DNA from: an uncultured bacterium
GTDB taxonomy: Bacteria > Bacteroidota > Bacteroidia > Bacteroidales > Muribaculaceae
NCBI GenBank assembly: GCA_945612775.1
Contig: CALZAF010000002.1
Location: 1,000-64,999, forward strand
Length of the DNA: 64,000 nt
Reading direction: 5' to 3'
The notes below the pieces were generated by a model. It was not told the DNA's origin. It saw nothing but the letters and a program-made list of their open reading frames with translations, and searched no databases. The translations under genes were made by a program, and so were the position numbers. How positions within the stretch are numbered: position 1 is the stretch's first letter; each line of letters begins with the position of its first letter. Shown here in pieces: positions 59,972 to 64,000 of the stretch.

Positions 59972-61534
59972 TTATTTAAAGCATTGTTCAGCAAGGGCTT
60001 CGGCGCAGCGTTCGCCATCGATGGCAGCCGACACAATGCCTCCTGCATATCCAGCACCTTCGCCACATGGATACAAACCTTCAATCTCTATGTGGCGCAT
60101 CATTTCGCGGTCGCGAGGAATCCTTACTGGCGAAGATGTGCGCGTCTCCACACCTATAACTATAGCATCATTGGTTAAAAAGCCTCTCGATTGACGGCCA
60201 AACACTTTAAAGCCCTCTCGCAATCTATTTCCCACAAAAGCAGGCAACCACTTATCCAATCGCGACGGTTGAATACCCGGAGCATACGAAGTTTTGGGCA
60301 ATGTAGCGCTATCTTTGCCTTCAACGAAGTCCTTCATCCTTTGAGCACCAGCCACTTGCGAATAATTTGCAGCTTCGTAGCATTTGCGTTCTAAATCTTC
60401 TTGGAAACGCATCAATGCCAAATCACCATATTTTGCATATTCGGGGAAATCTTCGGGGTGAATCTCAACCACCATTCCGGAATTTGCCCATTGCGTGCCT
60501 CGATTAGATGGCGACATGCCATTAACGACCAATTGTTCTGGGCCTGTAGCTGCTGGAACGACAAACCCACCGGGACACATGCAAAATGAATAGACGCCTC
60601 TACCATTAACTTGAGTTACAAAAGAATACTCTGCCGCAGGCAGATACTTGCCTCTACCCTTAGGACTGTGATACTGTATTTGGTCGATTAGATGCTGTGG
60701 GTGCTCCAATCGCACTCCTACCGCTATGCCTTTTGCCTCGATTTTTATATTCTTTGCTTGCAACATCTCATATACATCGCGCGCTGAGTGACCCGTAGCC
60801 AAAATCACAGGGCCATCATATTGTGTACCATCGGCACACTTAACGCCCACTACCTTACCATCTATTATGAGCAATTCATCGACGCGCGATTGGAAATGCA
60901 CCTCTCCTCCACAAGAAATAATCCGCTCACGCATATTCTCAATTACTCGTGGCAACTTGTCGGTTCCTATATGCGGGTGCGCGTCAACGAGGATATCTTC
61001 TTTCGCACCGTGCTGGTGGAAAATATTCAGAATTCTATCCACATTGCCGCGTTTCTTGCTTCGGGTGTAAAGTTTCCCGTCGGAATATGCACCAGCACCG
61101 CCTTCTCCGAAGCAATAATTACTATCTTTATCCACCACTCCTTCGCGCGCTATCTTTGCCAAGTCGGAGGCACGATCTTTTACGTTCTTGCCACGCTCAA
61201 GCACCACCGGCTTTACGCCGAGTTCTATAAGCCTCAATGCAGCAAACAATCCGCCGGGACCAGCTCCCACAACGATGGCCGTCCGGGTTCCATCTACCGG
61301 ACGATAATCTATATTGTTGCCAAGCGAAATGTCTTGAGGCATCTCGTCGATATATACTCTTAATTTCAAATTAACCATCACATCGCGACGACGGGCATCG
61401 ATGGAGCGCTTAACTATCTTGATAGCGCGAATGCGATTTACATCGATATCCTCTACAGTCGAAACATATATTTTCAACTGCAATTCTTCGTATGCCACTT
61501 TGGGGTTAACCCTAACTTGTAACTCTTTTATCAT
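59972..61534 (-). CDS. NAD(P)/FAD-dependent oxidoreductase (COG2509-type uncharacterised FAD protein)
   Basis: Dinucleotide motif VVGAGPGGLFAA. ATG 61534 is preferred over the track's TTG 61540. Starts 14 nt after the GT2 stop. Confidence 0.75.
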   Translation of the reverse strand: MIKELQVRVNPKVAYEELQLKIYVSTVEDIDVNRIRAIKIVKRSIDARRRDVMVNLKLRVYIDEMPQDISLGNNIDYRPVDGTRTAIVVGAGPGGLFAALRLIELGVKPVVLERGKNVKDRASDLAKIAREGVVDKDSNYCFGEGGAGAYSDGKLYTRSKKRGNVDRILNIFHQHGAKEDILVDAHPHIGTDKLPRVIENMRERIISCGGEVHFQSRVDELLIIDGKVVGVKCADGTQYDGPVILATGHSARDVYEMLQAKNIKIEAKGIAVGVRLEHPQHLIDQIQYHSPKGRGKYLPAAEYSFVTQVNGRGVYSFCMCPGGFVVPAATGPEQLVVNGMSPSNRGTQWANSGMVVEIHPEDFPEYAKYGDLALMRFQEDLERKCYEAANYSQVAGAQRMKDFVEGKDSATLPKTSYAPGIQPSRLDKWLPAFVGNRLREGFKVFGRQSRGFLTNDAIVIGVETRTSSPVRIPRDREMMRHIEIEGLYPCGEGAGYAGGIVSAAIDGERCAEALAEQCFK

Positions 61535-61548
61535 AAACAATTATTCCA

Positions 61549-62319
61549 TTAATGCACAAATCGGCAAATAACAAATTCCCATAGTTTGAATGGGTATCTC
61601 ATACAGTCGAGCAAAACATTGCTGCGAACACCATTCTTGCGAAATGAATACATATGTTCGCGAAGAATCACGCTATGCCTACTTGCTCCTCTACTCGATG
61701 CTCCACCCATACGCATTGTCACGAAATCTACAGGTAAATATTTTGTCTTTATATTATTAATATATATCATACGAAGCATAAGTTCGAAGTCGGCTGCTAA
61801 TGTTAGATTTGCATCATATAGCCCGAATTTCTCATATATTTCGCGGCGGCAATAGAACGAAGGATGTGCAGGCATCCACCCCATCAGCATTTTCCATGGA
61901 CGGAATCGCTTTGAGGAATAATAACGAACACACCGATTAAGATTGGTGTTTCTCACATAGTGCACATCACCATATACAGCATCTACATCGCTGCATATTA
62001 GCTCATTTGCCACCTTTTGCAATATGTCATTGCTTGTAAAATAGTCGTCACTATTGAGAAAGCCAATCACATCGCCCGATGCCAGAGCAATGCCTTTATT
62101 CATGCCATCATATATCCCAGAATCCGGTTCGCTTATATATTTCAGTCTGTCGCCAAAACGAGACTCATATTCCCGCACCACTTCCATTGTGCCGTCGCTT
62201 GAAGCGCCGTCAACTATTATCAGCTCATAGTTGGCATAACTTTGTGCCAATATGCTTTCTATCGTGCAGCGAATTGTGGATTCGCTATTGCGAGATACTG
62301 TGATAACCGATATTTTCAT
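61549..62319 (-). CDS. family 2 glycosyltransferase
   Basis: 256 aa. ISVITVSRNSESTI..., DGASSDGT, and the DxD-like NSDD. Confidence 0.85.
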   Translation of the reverse strand: MKISVITVSRNSESTIRCTIESILAQSYANYELIIVDGASSDGTMEVVREYESRFGDRLKYISEPDSGIYDGMNKGIALASGDVIGFLNSDDYFTSNDILQKVANELICSDVDAVYGDVHYVRNTNLNRCVRYYSSKRFRPWKMLMGWMPAHPSFYCRREIYEKFGLYDANLTLAADFELMLRMIYINNIKTKYLPVDFVTMRMGGASSRGASRHSVILREHMYSFRKNGVRSNVLLDCMRYPFKLWEFVICRFVH

Positions 62320-63524
62320 CGTTTATTGGTGATGCTTTTATATAATTCTATATATTTGGCGAATTGCTTGTCTTTATCGAAGTATTCAAGCGCCCTGGCC
62401 CTACAATTCTGCGAATAATAAGCCTTGCCTTTATTATCAATAATCCTTATGGCGCCAATTACCTTATCGAAATCGCCGGCTTCTACCACAAAACCCGTCT
62501 TATCATCCACTGCCTCAGGACTGCCACCTGTAGGATATGTAATGACAGGAGTTCCACACGCCAATGCTTCGAGGTTGGTGGTCGGGAAGGTATCGTTATG
62601 CGACAGTGTCAAGAGTACCAACGCACGACTATACAGTTGAGACAGGATATCGATATTCTCCGTCTTATTAATGCCGATAATATTGTGAGGCAATTTCTTT
62701 TTCATCCTGTCGTTCACGCCCAGCATCACTATGCAGTATTCGTCACTTATATGCTTCGAAAGTTCGATAAAGTCATTAAATCCCTTCTCTACTGTCCAAG
62801 CTGCTCCCACACCGAGAAGCACCTTTTTACCTTGGAAATGGAAGCGGCTTTCGATTTTTTCCACAGGATGGAATCTCTTTATGTCGATACCATTGTGTAT
62901 CAATGTCAGAGACTTATCTTTCAGAATCGATTGCTTCACCACGTCGTTCAGCCAATTCGACACAGCAACGATGGTCAAATTATCAAGGGCTGTGAACCAT
63001 CGCGATTTCTCGCTATAGTTCTTAACCGATCTATCGGCAAATATACTCTTAGGATATATCGATTTCAGAGGGCATTGGTAACACCCCGACTTCCATCGTT
63101 CGCAATTTGCTGTATCAAAATACGCGCAGTGTCCAGTAAGCGCCCAGCAGTCATGCATAGTCCACACAACCGGCTTGCCCGACGATATTAAATACTCACA
63201 TAGGATTCGATAATTCAAATAATATCCATGTATGTTATGTAAATGTATAATATCAGGATTGATTTCCTTAATCTTCTGTATGAGGCGCTTTGTAGCCCAT
63301 CGCGATGATAGTCCATGCCGGTCGAGCACTCGAGTCTCAAGAAAGTGAATGCCCAAATCAAATTTGCTCGCAATCCTAATCAATTTACTCGACGAGGTGT
63401 AGGCATACTGGCCATAGGCAATATAGCTTTCCCAGCCCTCTTGCTGCGCTAACTCACCTATTTGTTCTGCGATACGCCCCGTACTACAGGAGTTCGCTAT
63501 GCAATTAATTTGAAGTATTTTCAT
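62316..63524 (-). CDS. family 4 (GT-B) glycosyltransferase
   Basis: 402 aa. C-terminal FPTTNLEALACGTPVI (E-x7-E region). ATGA overlap with the GT2 start. Confidence 0.8.
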   Translation of the reverse strand: MKILQINCIANSCSTGRIAEQIGELAQQEGWESYIAYGQYAYTSSSKLIRIASKFDLGIHFLETRVLDRHGLSSRWATKRLIQKIKEINPDIIHLHNIHGYYLNYRILCEYLISSGKPVVWTMHDCWALTGHCAYFDTANCERWKSGCYQCPLKSIYPKSIFADRSVKNYSEKSRWFTALDNLTIVAVSNWLNDVVKQSILKDKSLTLIHNGIDIKRFHPVEKIESRFHFQGKKVLLGVGAAWTVEKGFNDFIELSKHISDEYCIVMLGVNDRMKKKLPHNIIGINKTENIDILSQLYSRALVLLTLSHNDTFPTTNLEALACGTPVITYPTGGSPEAVDDKTGFVVEAGDFDKVIGAIRIIDNKGKAYYSQNCRARALEYFDKDKQFAKYIELYKSITNKR

Positions 63525-64000
63525 ACAATACCACCGTTTTTACCAAATAGAACGACACCAAAATGCCACAAGTATATGCCAATGCGCTCATCATGCTACC
63601 TCGCAGTATAAACATCAAAAGGCCCAAAAGCATATAGTATTTTATTGTATCTAAATCTCTTCTGCGTTTTGCAGTTATGCACCAATACTTAGAATCAAGC
63701 TTGGCTAACACCACTGCTAACACTATTGTAAATATTATAACGCCTAAAAATCCAAAATTGATATATCCTTCGCCCCAAAAAGGCATTGAAAGATTGTTCC
63801 AATTCAGCCCTGTTTGATCTGCCACATAGTGCCCGGAGCTAACCGGTTTAGCTGGCCACAGACTCCTCGGCACCCAAAACAGAAGCGAACCAAGCAGCTG
63901 CATTCCATTAGTCACAATATCATCTTTTATCACTCGCATAAGCATGCTGTAAGCATCAAAATTGAGATCTAAAAATTGTGATACTATTCCGTATGCGACC
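63505..64000 (-). CDS. O-antigen/oligosaccharide repeat-unit polymerase (Wzy-like), N-terminus outside the window
   Basis: Polytopic C-terminal part (...WVPRSLWPAKP...GEGYINFGFLGVIIF...). My translation shows the frame stays open upstream of the track's Met through to position 64000. 20-nt overlap with the GT4 start. Confidence 0.65.
   Translation of the reverse strand, partial: VAYGIVSQFLDLNFDAYSMLMRVIKDDIVTNGMQLLGSLLFWVPRSLWPAKPVSSGHYVADQTGLNWNNLSMPFWGEGYINFGFLGVIIFTIVLAVVLAKLDSKYWCITAKRRRDLDTIKYYMLLGLLMFILRGSMMSALAYTCGILVSFYLVKTVVLYENTSN

Overview
This window reads as a chromosomal segment of a Bacteroidota (Bacteroidales-like) bacterium. The Bacteroides-type -7 promoter motif TAnnTTTG lies 18-93 nt upstream of 16 genes and one tRNA. 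Shine-Dalgarno sequences are almost absent. Bacteroidota-typical families are present (DUF4835/PorD-like, DUF5686, DUF4301). I call 54 protein-coding genes, about three quarters of them on the minus strand, plus one tRNA-Arg(TCT) and about 15 hairpin terminators. Most of the content is housekeeping. It covers replication and repair (dnaN, dnaQ-like, recN, radA, uvrA, uvrD/pcrA-like, nrdJ) and translation or RNA modification (glnS, rpsF-rpsR-rplI, prmA, rlmB, rlmD, tgt, nusB, an ABC-F protein). It also includes relA/spoT, lptF/G, malQ, nspC and nhaC. The accessory-looking content is glycan related. It comprises a dTDP-rhamnose operon interrupted by a membrane pyrophosphatase gene, GDP-fucose genes with an initiating phosphoglycosyl transferase, and a separate lower-GC GT2/GT4/Wzy block at the right edge. 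An orphan GH33 sialidase and a secreted beta-helix protein also belong here. I saw no CRISPR array, transposase, integrase, prophage, restriction-modification gene or recognisable defence gene. I could not identify a clear-cut novel multi-gene system. The best follow-up candidates are: (i) the DUF4301-type protein with UDP-sugar-pyrophosphorylase-like motifs next to the rfb operon; (ii) a YtxH-YtxH-holinX-like-coiled-coil four-gene membrane module apparently co-transcribed with prmA; (iii) hppA embedded in the rfb operon; (iv) an unannotated 52-codon gene with its own promoter motif and terminator downstream of an ECF-type sigma factor. Family assignments rest on motif reading and memory, not on database searches.
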